Part shown: positions 35,797 through 46,574 of the stretch, one piece after another
Numbering within the stretch: position 1 is the first letter of the stretch
How the letters are laid out: each line of letters starts with the position of its first letter
Assembly (NCBI GenBank): GCA_964019425.1
Contig: OZ025797.1
Location: forward strand, 1,364,001-1,410,574
DNA length: 46,574 bases
Source of the DNA: Flectonema sp. DT1601
Lineage: Eukaryota
Direction of reading: 5' to 3'
The notes under the pieces: generated by a model
What the model saw: the letters and a program-made list of their open reading frames with translations, nothing else
Told to the model about the DNA's origin: nothing
Databases searched by the model: none
Position numbers and translations under genes: made by a program

Positions 35797-37086
35797 CCCG
35801 CAAACCCGCAAACCCGCAAACCCGCAAACCCGCAAACCCGCAAACCCGCAAACCCGCAAACCCGCAAACCCGCAAACCCGCAAACCCGCAAACCCGCAAA
35901 CCCGCAAACCCGCAAACCCGCAAACCCGCAAACCCGCAAACCCGCAAACCCGCAAACCCGCAAACCCGCAAACCCGCAAACCCGCAAACCCGCAAACCCG
36001 CAAACCCGCAAACCCGCAAACCCGCAAACCCGCAAACCCGCAAACCCGCAAACCCGCAAACCCGCAAACCCGCAAACCCGCAAACCCGCAAACCCGCAAA
36101 CCCGCAAACCCGCAAACCCGCAAACCCGCAAACCCGCAAACCCGCAAACCCGCAAACCCGCAAACCCGCAAACCCGCAAACCCGCAAACCCGCAAACCCG
36201 CAAACCCGCAAACCCGCAAACCCGCAAACTCGCAAACCCGCAAACCCGCAAACCCGCAAACCCGCAAACCCGCAAACCCGCAAACCCGCAAACCCGCAAA
36301 CCCGCAAACCCGCAAACCCGCAAACCCGCAAACCCGCAAACCCGCAAACCCGCAAACCCGCAAACCCGCAAACCCGCAAACCCGCAAACCCGCAAACCCG
36401 CAAACCCGCAAACCCGCAAACCCGCAAACCCGCAAACCCGCAAACCCGCAAACCCGCAAACCCGCAAACCCGCAAACCCGCAAACCCGCAAACCCGCAAA
36501 CCCGCAAACCCGCAAACCCGCAAACCCGCAAACCCGCAAACCCGCAAACCCGCAAACCCGCAAACCCGCAAACCCGCAAACCCGCAAACCCGCAAACCCG
36601 CAAACCCGCAAACCCGCAAACCCGCAAACCCGCAAACCCGCAAACCCGCAAACCCGCAAACCCGCAAACCCGCAAACCCGCAAACCCGCAAACCCGCAAA
36701 CCCGCAAACCCGCAAACCCGCAAACCCGCAAACCCGCAAACCCGCAAACCCGCAAACCCGCAAACCCGCAAACCCGCAAACCCGCAAACCCGCAAACCCG
36801 CAAACCCGCAAACCCGCAAACCCGCAAACCCGCAAACCCGCAAACCCGCAAACCCGCAAACCCGCAAACCCGCAAACCCGCAAACCCGCAAACCCGCAAA
36901 CCCGCAAACCCGCAAACCCGCAAACCCGCAAACCCGCAAACCCGCAAACCCGCAAACCCGCAAACCCGCAAACCCGCAAACCCGCAAACCCGCAAACCCG
37001 CAAACCCGCAAACCCGCAAACCCGCAAACCCGCAAACCCGCATACCCGCAAACCCGCAAACCCGCAAACCCGCAAACCCGCAAACC
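35797..37086 (+). repeat. (CCCGCAAA)n telomere-like octamer array, about 161 units
   Basis: Perfect 8-bp tandem repeat with two single-base variants seen (36230, 37043). Confidence 0.99.
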
Positions 37087-37298
37087 AACACTCAGACTGG
37101 GAACTGCACAAAAGGCAAGTGAAGTACGATATACTCTTATAATATTTTCCTTTTCATTGATCAATATTAAATGTTGTTTAAGTATTATTTCTGTTCTCTT
37201 GTCTTTATTTCAGAATTATCATTTCACTGTTTCTCTTATCATTATTTCATTGTACTCATTTATTCAGGCTAGGAAGGGGTCTTAACGCAAAGCGTTTT
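37087..37298 (+). repeat. Element 2 split direct repeat A1 (212 nt; A2 at 42459-42670)
   Basis: AACACTCAGACTGGG...GCAAAGCGTTTT is duplicated. Confidence 0.95.
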
Positions 37299-37306
37299 AA
37301 GAAAAT

Positions 37307-39343
37307 ATGCCGGATCATTATTATGATTTTTCGGTGCCCGCTAGTATCGCCGGGAAGGCGAAGGCGATACTAGGGGAGGTGGGGCGCATGAAGGTGTCCC
37401 TGGAGGCAAGGAACCGCAGGTTCCAACAAGCGATGGGGCTGTCCGGTGGGGACAGCATTTGGATGCCCACCTGTCGGGAGGACAGCAATTCATCCCGCAG
37501 AGCTGACAACGACAAGTTGTTAGCTCTGTGTCTCGACATCCCGGTGGGGTTGGCGAGAACGCTGTCGGCACGGACTGTGTTCGTGCTGTTGACGGGCCTG
37601 GTCGAGGTCAACGCCGATGCGGTGAAGGAGAGGATGAGAAGGCTGGGGACGATGACGGGCTCGGCACCCTCGGTTCCGTCGCCGATGACGGGGGGGAGGT
37701 CGACCCTCATGGTGATGGAGGTGGACTCGATGGAACAGGTGCCACCGCCGGTTTTCGCGGAACCGGTTTCGGGAACGAACCCCAGTTTGGAGGGGTTGGC
37801 TCGCGCGGGAGGCATGGCCTACCGGGAGCTGAAGGGTCAGGCTGTGGCCCACCAATCGGTGACGGAGCAGTTGGCTGCTCGCCAAGCACAACACACGACG
37901 GCCGGGGAGAACCTGGAAGTCACCGTGAGCCGGGTGGCCCAGGTGATCAACGAGCAAGCCCGGAGGCAGGTGAAGGCGGAAGAACACACCGCCATGGTTG
38001 AAGGTGCGGCCGAAGAGGCTTTCAACTCCGTAGCGGATAGGCAGGAAGAGCTCGGGGAGGCTGTGATGCAGATGGCGAAGGAAAAGGCCAGACAGGACGG
38101 GGTGCTGAAGACCGAGCAGCAGAAGCGGGAGGAGTTGCGGCAGCGACTCGAGCTGCAGCAAAACCTGCTGGACCAACAGAGGGAGGAGCAGGAATTACAG
38201 AAGCAGCAGCAACAAAAGCAAGAACTGCAGAGTCAATTGGCACAAGAACAGCAACAGAAGCAGATTCAACAACAGCAAGCTCAGCAACAACAGTTCCAAG
38301 AGGATCAACGGAAGTTGGAGGAGCAGTTAAGGCTTCGGGACGAGCTGCTGAAGCAACAACAAGTGCAACAACAGGAACAGCAACGCCAGCTGGACCAGCA
38401 CAAGCTGGCGGAACAAGCGAAGAGCAACGAGCAGCAGCTTCAGCAGCAGCAGCTCCAGCAACAGCAGCTGCTGCAACAGGAGCAGAACAAGTTTCAGCAA
38501 CAGGAACAACGGAGGTTGGAGGAGAGTCTGAACGCACAGCAACAGCAGATGACTCAACAACAGCAGGCGCTGCAGCAGCAGGCGCTACAGCAGCAGGGTC
38601 TGCTGCTTCAACAACGGCAAGCACCGACAGCGCAGGACGGGCTGAGCACGGTGTTATCGCAGATGGCGACAACGCTCCACCACCTAGTACCGAAGACGAA
38701 GGTGGTCGCTTTCCCGGCAGGTATGTGCAGGGGATCGAAGGTGAAGCGCGGGTCGGACAAGGGATTCGTGGTGGATCTCGACGGTGTGACCGGGGAGGTG
38801 GTCCTGGGATTGATTGGTAGGCGGGAGTCATTCTTTGTGCTCACGCCTGAACAATTTAAAGAAGAAGGTTGGCTGTTGGCCCATTGGAATGCGGAGGTGC
38901 CTGCGGTGCAGGTGCCATTGGAACAGGCAGCGGCGCAGCATACGTTGTGGGCTGGCTACGGTGGGCGAGGTGACGTGGAGATGTCCCTCCTCCGGCGGGC
39001 GATCACGGAGAAGTTCGGAGAGGGTGGTTCGCAAGTTGCGAAGCAGATGGTAGGTCTGTTGGCGAAGACGGTGGAGGCGACCATCAACGGTGGGGAGGAA
39101 GTGACCTTAGGGTTGCTTCACGAGATGCTGGAGTTCCAACTGATTCGGGGGGAGCACGGGAGCAGGAGTGGCGACTTGTACCTGAAGGCGCTGGCTGAGA
39201 GCTGGGAGGACCCCACCACCGCTGCGGCGAGGAAGGTAGCGTTGAAGGGTAGCAGGCCAGCCGGTTTGGTGAGGGGGACGACAACGACCGGACAACAGCC
39301 ACAACACTTTCCAAAAAACGGGGGGCGTGGTCGGGGGAATTGA
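37307..39343 (+). CDS. Gag-like ORF1 of element 2 with a long Gln-rich coiled coil
   Basis: 678 aa. N-terminus MPDHYYDFSVPAS resembles MGDTYDFEFPNS of element 1, and LLALCLDIP resembles VLARCLGCD. Confidence 0.8.
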   Translation: MPDHYYDFSVPASIAGKAKAILGEVGRMKVSLEARNRRFQQAMGLSGGDSIWMPTCREDSNSSRRADNDKLLALCLDIPVGLARTLSARTVFVLLTGLVEVNADAVKERMRRLGTMTGSAPSVPSPMTGGRSTLMVMEVDSMEQVPPPVFAEPVSGTNPSLEGLARAGGMAYRELKGQAVAHQSVTEQLAARQAQHTTAGENLEVTVSRVAQVINEQARRQVKAEEHTAMVEGAAEEAFNSVADRQEELGEAVMQMAKEKARQDGVLKTEQQKREELRQRLELQQNLLDQQREEQELQKQQQQKQELQSQLAQEQQQKQIQQQQAQQQQFQEDQRKLEEQLRLRDELLKQQQVQQQEQQRQLDQHKLAEQAKSNEQQLQQQQLQQQQLLQQEQNKFQQQEQRRLEESLNAQQQQMTQQQQALQQQALQQQGLLLQQRQAPTAQDGLSTVLSQMATTLHHLVPKTKVVAFPAGMCRGSKVKRGSDKGFVVDLDGVTGEVVLGLIGRRESFFVLTPEQFKEEGWLLAHWNAEVPAVQVPLEQAAAQHTLWAGYGGRGDVEMSLLRRAITEKFGEGGSQVAKQMVGLLAKTVEATINGGEEVTLGLLHEMLEFQLIRGEHGSRSGDLYLKALAESWEDPTTAAARKVALKGSRPAGLVRGTTTTGQQPQHFPKNGGRGRGN

Positions 39344-42159
39344 ATCCTGGCCGTAAACAAACCCGTAGAGGGCGTCGCGGGAGGAGGGGCGGCAAGTGGG
39401 CCGCGGCCTCTCCTGGTCGGCGCGGTGCCAGCTGGAATGCGACGTGGGTCAACGAGTGTCGTCGCACCGGAACCTTGCGCGAGTACGCAAGAGGGATTCC
39501 GAAAACGAAGATGCGCTGCGCAGGTGGAAGTTCCGTCGGTTTTCGGGAAGGTGGTCCTCGAACACATCCGGAGGGACGATCGACACCGTGGAGACACGAT
39601 GGAAGTAAGGGTGGACCACGACACAGCGTTGGAGCGTCTGGGGGTGGTCGTCGCGTCGATGTGGGCGGACGAAACCTCGTCGAAGCGCAGAAACCTCTGG
39701 GGTCGGTTGGAACAATGGGCGTTGGCTCAGCGTCTGCCAATGTCTGCCGAAACAGCTGCGTTGTTCGTGCTGGCCACAGACGTGAGACCGCAGGGACAGC
39801 TGCAATACGCAAAGGCGCTGTCCGGGATCTACCGGCACCTTGGTCTGGAAAACCAACCGCTCCTCAGCCTGGCAAGCGCGCTGAGGGCAAAAGGGGCGGC
39901 CGTTCCGCGTTCGCAAGCAGTTCCCATGTCAAAGGAGCAGCTGTTGGGTTGGGCGAGAAGTCTAACGGGACGTTTGAGGCTCGCGGCGTTGGTGTGTTGG
40001 AAGTCGGCTTCCCGGTGGGGAGAAGTGCACGTGCTGACGTCGGCGCATTTCGTTCTGGTGGAGGACGCGGAAGTGATCGTGGACTGGGGGACGTCGCCAA
40101 AACACCGGAGAGCAAACCCGTTCGTGCCGTCCCGTTGGGCGGTCTTGCGGGGGGATCTGGTCGGGGAGATCGCAAGCTTGTTTCGGGAGCTGGCTCCTTT
40201 CGATCGGCTGACGGATGTCACCACCGAGCGGTTGGCAGAGTTGTGGCGGGGGACTCCGGGAATGCGGGGTTTTACGGGCCACTCGATAAAACGAGGCGCC
40301 GCCGCGGCTTTGATGCGAGCGATGGCCGAGGGAAGGCTCACAGAAGGGTACCTGGTATCACGACTGTTGAAGCACGCCGAAGACGGAACCAACATCTCTG
40401 CAACAACGATCAGGTATTCGTCGGATTTCGTGGACACCGCCCGAGCGCTGCAAACGTGGAAGGTCACCATCCTGCTGTAGTTGCGGAGGACGTTGACGAC
40501 GAAGGTGAGGCGATGGAAGCGGTGGCGCGGCTGTCTCCGTGCACGACGCACAGCATCATCAGGAGGGGCAAGCGGACAAGACTGCCGTCGACGGCGGAGG
40601 AACGTTCGTCGCCTTTGCATGTGAGTGGCGTTGAGACGATGGATGTTGACGGACTCAGACGTAGGATGACTGATGTTGCGAGGGATAGGTTCGATCAGGT
40701 GTGGAACTTGACCTTTTATCCGGAGGTGGGGAAGTTGAGTCGCTCGTCGTCTACTTCATCTTTCGCTGGGAGGCACGCTGCGGAGTTGCTGAGGAACGGG
40801 ATCGCGCGAGCTGCGAGTGGACCGGGGAGAGCGGTGAACGTTCCATTCACCGTGGTGGAGGAGAAGCCGGAGGGACTGCGGCAGCGGTTCATCCTTTGGA
40901 CGAGGGATGCGAATGGTTGGGCCGAAGAAGCTTACGAAGCTCACGTCCCGCTGTTCCACATCTCAAAATATTTGGATCGGGTTCTGACCGAGGTTGGCTC
41001 GACACGGGATTTCAAGACAGGTTTTTATGCTATTGAAATCCCGGAGGAAGCGAGAGATCTCTTCCGATTCAAGACGACGGAGGGTGAATGGTTCGAGCTG
41101 TGCCGTTTACCGATGGGGCATGTCTGCGCGCCGGAGCTGATGCACTCTTTGGCAGCGGCGGCTGCGGGGGATCCAGCTTACGTGCGACGTCAGTGGGCTG
41201 CCAGGGATGTTGGCGTTGACGTGTTCATCGACAACATTCGGTACACGGGGACGGAAGGCGCGGTGTTGGCGGCGACGGTGAATCTCGATGCTGCGGCGGC
41301 GGATTTCCGTCTTACATGGAAGCCGTCTGACTCGAATACGGCGGTGAGCAAGTACACATTTTTGGGTGTGGACTTTGACCACGAGGCGTCGTCGGTCATG
41401 CCGTCAGCGAAGATCCGGCGGAAGTTGGCGGCGGTGGACTTGTCGTCTGTGACGGCGAGTCAGTTGGAGTCGATGGCTGGGAGGCTGATGCATGCGTCGG
41501 CGATCGCTGCGGCGTCTCCGGGGAAATACTGGTATGCCTTGAAGTTCTTGCGGAGGTTGTCGAACGGTTTGAACCGCGGGGTGAGGCAGGTGCATGATGT
41601 AGTGTCGGTCCCTGTTTCGGTCGCGATGGAGTTGCGCAGTTGGTCGGCTGCCGCTGTGACGAGGAGGGTGGTTGCGCGGGAGCCAGATCAAGATGGGTTC
41701 ACGACGTTCGTGGATGCGTCGTTGAGAGGTTGGGGTGGAGTGGTTGTGAACGACAGGACGGCCGAGGTTACTGTCTTGGGGGATGCGTGGGGTCCTTCGG
41801 AACAGTCGCTCCACATCAATGTTCTCGAGGGGATGGCGTTCAGGAACACGGTCTCGGGGATGCCGGTTTGCTGTGATGGCAAGCGAATGTCCATCTGGAT
41901 CGACAACACGTCAGTCATTGGCGTAGCACGGAAGAAGATGTCAGTCCGATCGCAACGGCTGAACGATGCGGTCGTGCAGGCCATCGATGTGCTGGCAGAC
42001 AGAAAGGTTAGTTTCTGTATTGCTTATGTGAAGTCAGCGCTGAACCCAGCAGACTTGCCATCGAGGGTGGATCCAGGAGTTATAGGCTCATCGGAGCATC
42101 AGCGGGAAGTTGAACTTGCGGTGAGGGCCTTTCTGACTCGCGATGTGGTGGTGGTGTGA
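39340..42159 (+). CDS. Reverse transcriptase-RNase H ORF of element 2; N-terminal part overprints the YR
   Basis: TRDFKTGFY, RLPMG, FIDNI, TFLG; RNase H motifs FVDAS, HINVLE, IDNTS, NPADLPSR. Confidence 0.92.
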   Translation: MNPGRKQTRRGRRGRRGGKWAAASPGRRGASWNATWVNECRRTGTLREYARGIPKTKMRCAGGSSVGFREGGPRTHPEGRSTPWRHDGSKGGPRHSVGASGGGRRVDVGGRNLVEAQKPLGSVGTMGVGSASANVCRNSCVVRAGHRRETAGTAAIRKGAVRDLPAPWSGKPTAPQPGKRAEGKRGGRSAFASSSHVKGAAVGLGEKSNGTFEARGVGVLEVGFPVGRSARADVGAFRSGGGRGSDRGLGDVAKTPESKPVRAVPLGGLAGGSGRGDRKLVSGAGSFRSADGCHHRAVGRVVAGDSGNAGFYGPLDKTRRRRGFDASDGRGKAHRRVPGITTVEARRRRNQHLCNNDQVFVGFRGHRPSAANVEGHHPAVVAEDVDDEGEAMEAVARLSPCTTHSIIRRGKRTRLPSTAEERSSPLHVSGVETMDVDGLRRRMTDVARDRFDQVWNLTFYPEVGKLSRSSSTSSFAGRHAAELLRNGIARAASGPGRAVNVPFTVVEEKPEGLRQRFILWTRDANGWAEEAYEAHVPLFHISKYLDRVLTEVGSTRDFKTGFYAIEIPEEARDLFRFKTTEGEWFELCRLPMGHVCAPELMHSLAAAAAGDPAYVRRQWAARDVGVDVFIDNIRYTGTEGAVLAATVNLDAAAADFRLTWKPSDSNTAVSKYTFLGVDFDHEASSVMPSAKIRRKLAAVDLSSVTASQLESMAGRLMHASAIAAASPGKYWYALKFLRRLSNGLNRGVRQVHDVVSVPVSVAMELRSWSAAAVTRRVVAREPDQDGFTTFVDASLRGWGGVVVNDRTAEVTVLGDAWGPSEQSLHINVLEGMAFRNTVSGMPVCCDGKRMSIWIDNTSVIGVARKKMSVRSQRLNDAVVQAIDVLADRKVSFCIAYVKSALNPADLPSRVDPGVIGSSEHQREVELAVRAFLTRDVVVV
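39344..40480 (+). CDS. Tyrosine recombinase of element 2 (in the gag frame, open from the gag UGA)
   Basis: KSASRWGEV, GHSIKRGAA, LKH, TIRYS; colinear with the element 1 YR. Confidence 0.9.
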   Translation: MLAVNKPVEGVAGGGAASGPRPLLVGAVPAGMRRGSTSVVAPEPCASTQEGFRKRRCAAQVEVPSVFGKVVLEHIRRDDRHRGDTMEVRVDHDTALERLGVVVASMWADETSSKRRNLWGRLEQWALAQRLPMSAETAALFVLATDVRPQGQLQYAKALSGIYRHLGLENQPLLSLASALRAKGAAVPRSQAVPMSKEQLLGWARSLTGRLRLAALVCWKSASRWGEVHVLTSAHFVLVEDAEVIVDWGTSPKHRRANPFVPSRWAVLRGDLVGEIASLFRELAPFDRLTDVTTERLAELWRGTPGMRGFTGHSIKRGAAAALMRAMAEGRLTEGYLVSRLLKHAEDGTNISATTIRYSSDFVDTARALQTWKVTILL

Positions 42160-42456
42160 CGGTGCCAACCTTTCCCCCGGCCGATTTTAGGCCGTGGTCG
42201 AACATGCAATTGTACAAGCATGCGGTGCCGTTTTCCCATTACCCCTTCGTGAATGAGTTGCTTCGTGTTAACTTGGTTCTCCTTTGTCTTTCTCATCATC
42301 ATTTTATTCAGCTGAGAAAATGGGAAAGCTAAGACGACATGAGGCTTATGATGCTAGTATCTTGTTATGTGGTTAATTCGTGTGATTGTTTTTATCAGAC
42401 TCTCCTTTATGACTTTTCCTTTTCAACAGTACTTCACTGAGAATGCCGAGCGGTTC
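42155..42456 (+). repeat. Element 2 split direct repeat B1 (302 nt; B2 at 42688-42989)
   Basis: TGTGACGGTGCCAACC...GAGCGGTTC is duplicated. Confidence 0.95.
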
Positions 42457-42989
42457 CCAACACTCAGACTGGGAACTGCACAAAAGGCAAGTGAAGTACG
42501 ATATACTCTTATAATATTTTCCTTTTCATTGATCAATATTAAATGTTGTTTAAGTATTATTTCTGTTCTCTTGTCTTTATTTCAGAATTATCATTTCACT
42601 GTTTCTCTTATCATTATTTCATTGTACTCATTTATTCAGGCTAGGAAGGGGTCTTAACGCAAAGCGTTTTCCCACCCGCCCTACCCCTGTGACGGTGCCA
42701 ACCTTTCCCCCGGCCGATTTTAGGCCGTGGTCGAACATGCAATTGTACAAGCATGCGGTGCCGTTTTCCCATTACCCCTTCGTGAATGAGTTGCTTCGTG
42801 TTAACTTGGTTCTCCTTTGTCTTTCTCATCATCATTTTATTCAGCTGAGAAAATGGGAAAGCTAAGACGACATGAGGCTTATGATGCTAGTATCTTGTTA
42901 TGTGGTTAATTCGTGTGATTGTTTTTATCAGACTCTCCTTTATGACTTTTCCTTTTCAACAGTACTTCACTGAGAATGCCGAGCGGTTC

Positions 42990-45900
42990 CCCGCAAACCC
43001 GCAAACCCGCAAACCCGCAAACCCGCAAACCCGCAAACCCGCAAACCCGCAAACCCGCAAACCCGCAAACCCGCAAACCCGCAAACCCGCAAACCCGCAA
43101 ACCCGCAAACCCGCAAACCCGCAAACCCGCAAACCCGCAAACCCGCAAACCCGCAAACCCGCAAACCCGCAAACCCGCAAACCCGCAAACCCGCAAACCC
43201 GCAAACCCGCAAACCCGCAAACCCGCAAACCCGCAAACCCGCAAACCCGCAAACCCGCAAACCCGCAAACCCGCAAACCCGCAAACCCGCAAACCCGCAA
43301 ACCCGCAAACCCGCAAACCCGCAAACCCGCAAACCCGCAAACCCGCAAACCCGCAAACCCGCAAACCCGCAAACCCGCAAACCCGCAAACCCGCAAACCC
43401 GCAAACCCGCAAACCCGCAAACCCGCAAACCCGCAAACCCGCAAACCCGCAAACCCGCAAACCCGCAAACCCGCAAACCCGCAAACCCGCAAACCCGCAA
43501 ACCCGCAAACCCGCAAACCCGCAAACCCGCAAACCCGCAAACCCGCAAACCCGCAAACCCGCAAACCCGCAAACCCGCAAACCCGCAAACCCGCAAACCC
43601 GCAAACCCGCAAACCCGCAAACCCGCAAACCCGCAAACCCGCAAACCCGCAAACCCGCAAACCCGCAAACCCGCAAACCCGCAAACCCGCAAACCCGCAA
43701 ACCCGCAAACCCGCAAACCCGCAAACCCGCAAACCCGCAAACCCGCAAACCCGCAAACCCGCAAACCCGCAAACCCGCAAACCCGCAAACCCGCAAACCC
43801 GCAAACCCGCAAACCCGCAAACCCGCAAACCCGCAAACCCGCAAACCCGCAAACCCGCAAACCCGCAAACCCGCAAACCCGCAAACCCGCAAACCCGCAA
43901 ACCCGCAAACCCGCAAACCCGCAAACCCGCAAACCCGCAAACCCGCAAACCCGCAAACCCGCAAACCCGCAAACCCGCAAACCCGCAAACCCGCAAACCC
44001 GCAAACCCGCAAACCCGCAAACCCGCAAACCCGCAAACCCGCAAACCCGCAAACCCGCAAACCCGCAAACCCGCAAACCCGCAAACCCGCAAACCCGCAA
44101 ACCCGCAAACCCGCAAACCCGCAAACCCGCAAACCCGCAAACCCGCAAACCCGCAAACCCGCAAACCCGCAAACCCGCAAACCCGCAAACCCGCAAACCC
44201 GCAAACCCGCAAACCCGCAAACCCGCAAACCCGCAAACCCGCAAACCCGCAAACCCGCAAACCCGCAAACCCGCAAACCCGCAAACCCGCAAACCCGCAA
44301 ACCCGCAAACCCGCAAACCCGCAAACCCGCAAACCCGCAAACCCGCAAACCCGCAAACCCGCAAACCCGCAAACCCGCAAACCCGCAAACCCGCAAACCC
44401 GCAAACCCGCAAACCCGCAAACCCGCAAACCCGCAAACCCGCAAACCCGCAAACCCGCAAACCCGCAAACCCGCAAACCCGCAAACCCGCAAACCCGCAA
44501 ACCCGCAAACCCGCAAACCCGCAAACCCGCAAACCCGCAAACCCGCAAACCCGCAAACCCGCAAACCCGCAAACCCGCAAACCCGCAAACCCGCAAACCC
44601 GCAAACCCGCAAACCCGCAAACCCGCAAACCCGCAAACCCGCAAACCCGCAAACCCGCAAACCCGCAAACCCGCAAACCCGCAAACCCGCAAACCCGCAA
44701 ACCCGCAAACCCGCAAACCCGCAAACCCGCAAACCCGCAAACCCGCAAACCCGCAAACCCGCAAACCCGCAAACCCGCAAACCCGCAAACCCGCAAACCC
44801 GCAAACCCGCAAACCCGCAAACCCGCAAACCCGCAAACCCGCAAACCCGCAAACCCGCAAACCCGCAAACCCGCAAACCCGCAAACCCGCAAACCCGCAA
44901 ACCCGCAAACCCGCAAACCCGCAAACCCGCAAACCCGCAAACCCGCAAACCCGCAAACCCGCAAACCCGCAAACCCGCAAACCCGCAAACCCGCAAACCC
45001 GCAAACCCGCAAACCCGCAAACCCGCAAACCCGCAAACCCGCAAACCCGCAAACCCGCAAACCCGCAAACCCGCAAACCCGCAAACCCGCAAACCCGCAA
45101 ACCCGCAAACCCGCAAACCCGCAAACCCGCAAACCCGCAAACCCGCAAACCCGCAAACCCGCAAACCCGCAAACCCGCAAACCCGCAAACCCGCAAACCC
45201 GCAAACCCGCAAACCCGCAAACCCGCAAACCCGCAAACCCGCAAACCCGCAAACCCGCAAACCCGCAAACCCGCAAACCCGCAAACCCGCAAACCCGCAA
45301 ACCCGCAAACCCGCAAACCCGCAAACCCGCAAACCCGCAAACCCGCAAACCCGCAAACCCGCAAACCCGCAAACCCGCAAACCCGCAAACCCGCAAACCC
45401 GCAAACCCGCAAACCCGCAAACCCGCAAACCCGCAAACCCGCAAACCCGCAAACCCGCAAACCCGCAAACCCGCAAACCCGCAAACCCGCAAACCCGCAA
45501 ACCCGCAAACCCGCAAACCCGCAAACCCGCAAACCCGCAAACCCGCAAACCCGCAAACCCGCAAACCCGCAAACCCGCAAACCCGCAAACCCGCAAACCC
45601 GCAAACCCGCAAACCCGCAAACCCGCAAACCCGCAAACCCGCAAACCCGCAAACCCGCAAACCCGCAAACCCGCAAACCCGCAAACCCGCAAACCCGCAA
45701 ACCCGCAAACCCGCAAACCCGCAAACCCGCAAACCCGCAAACCCGCAAACCCGCAAACCCGCAAACCCGCAAACCCGCAAACCCGCAAACCCGCAAACCC
45801 GCAAACCCGCAAACCCGCAAACCCGCAAACCCGCAAACCCGCAAACCCGCAAACCCGCAAACCCGCAAACCCGCAAACCCGCAAACCCGCAAACCCGCAA

Positions 45901-46574
45901 ACCCGCAAACCCGCAAACCCGCAAACCCGCAAACCCGCAAACCCGCAAACCCGCAAACCCGCAAACCCGCAAACCCGCAAACCCGCAAACCCGCAAACCC
46001 GCAAACCCGCAAACCCGCAAACCCGCAAACCCGCAAACCCGCAAACCCGCAAACCCGCAAACCCGCAAACCCGCAAACCCGCAAACCCGCAAACCCGCAA
46101 ACCCGCAAACCCGCAAACCCGCAAACCCGCAAACCCGCAAACCCGCAAACCCGCAAACCCGCAAACCCGCAAACCCGCAAACCCGCAAACCCGCAAACCC
46201 GCAAACCCGCAAACCCGCAAACCCGCAAACCCGCAAACCCGCAAACCCGCAAACCCGCAAACCCGCAAACCCGCAAACCCGCAAACCCGCAAACCCGCAA
46301 ACCCGCAAACCCGCAAACCCGCAAACCCGCAAACCCGCAAACCCGCAAACCCGCAAACCCGCAAACCCGCAAACCCGCAAACCCGCAAACCCGCAAACCC
46401 GCAAACCCGCAAACCCGCAAACCCGCAAACCCGCAAACCCGCAAACCCGCAAACCCGCAAACCCGCAAACCCGCAAACCCGCAAACCCGCAAACCCGCAA
46501 ACCCGCAAACCCGCAAACCCGCAAACCCGCAAACCCGCAAACCCGCAAACCCGCAAACCCGCAAACCCGCAAAC
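42990..46574 (+). repeat. (CCCGCAAA)n octamer array, at least 448 units, runs off the window end
   Basis: Uninterrupted 8-bp tandem repeat. Confidence 0.99.

Larger units (their letters stand above)
30946..35798 (+). mobile_element. Tyrosine-recombinase retrotransposon 1 (VIPER/TATE/Ngaro-like): A1-gag-YR-RT/RH-B1-A2-spacer-B2
   Basis: Intact gag-like, YR and RT-RNaseH ORFs; split direct repeats; octamer repeats on both sides. Confidence 0.93.
37087..42991 (+). mobile_element. Tyrosine-recombinase retrotransposon 2 (second family, same architecture)
   Basis: gag-YR-RT/RH homologous to element 1 at protein level, with its own unrelated split direct repeats; embedded in the octamer array. Confidence 0.93.

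Noticed and set aside
30946..42991. Interpretation as LTR (Gypsy/Copia) or non-LTR telomeric retrotransposons, or as prophage integrases
   Set aside because: No DDE integrase, endonuclease, poly(A) tail or TG..CA LTRs. The YR plus DIRS-type RNase H plus split repeats identify YR retroelements.
35652..46572. Long ORFs encoding (RKPANPQT)n or (GFAGLRVC)n
   Set aside because: Artefacts of translating a stop-free 8-bp tandem repeat.

Overview
Eukaryotic (probably protist) repeat-rich region with three parts. (1) 1-22.7 kb: a near-perfect head-to-tail array of a 3661-bp unit (one 5'-truncated, five complete and one diverged gene copy). Each unit carries a two-exon gene encoding a helical header, a P-loop NTPase and a PD-(D/E)xK-like nuclease domain, a Crinkler/RHS-type effector architecture. 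(2) 22.7-30.9 kb: a mosaic containing a Maverick/Polinton-like integrase relic with two adjacent ORFs, a second effector-like gene that shares the same intron but has a different C-terminal domain, short dispersed repeats, and a decayed minus-strand YR-retroelement. (3) 30.9-46.6 kb: a (CCCGCAAA)n telomere-like octamer array interrupted by two distinct, apparently intact tyrosine-recombinase retrotransposons (gag-YR-RT/RNaseH, split direct repeats A1...B1-A2-B2; VIPER/TATE/Ngaro-like). Both are inserted at exactly the same nucleotide phase of the octamer through a shared CC core. Both elements also conserve an apparent dual-recoding scheme: an A_AAA_AAC -1 slippery site leading from gag into the RT frame, which overprints the whole YR gene, and a single UGA separating gag from an in-frame YR. 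All calls were made by eye; no database searches were run.
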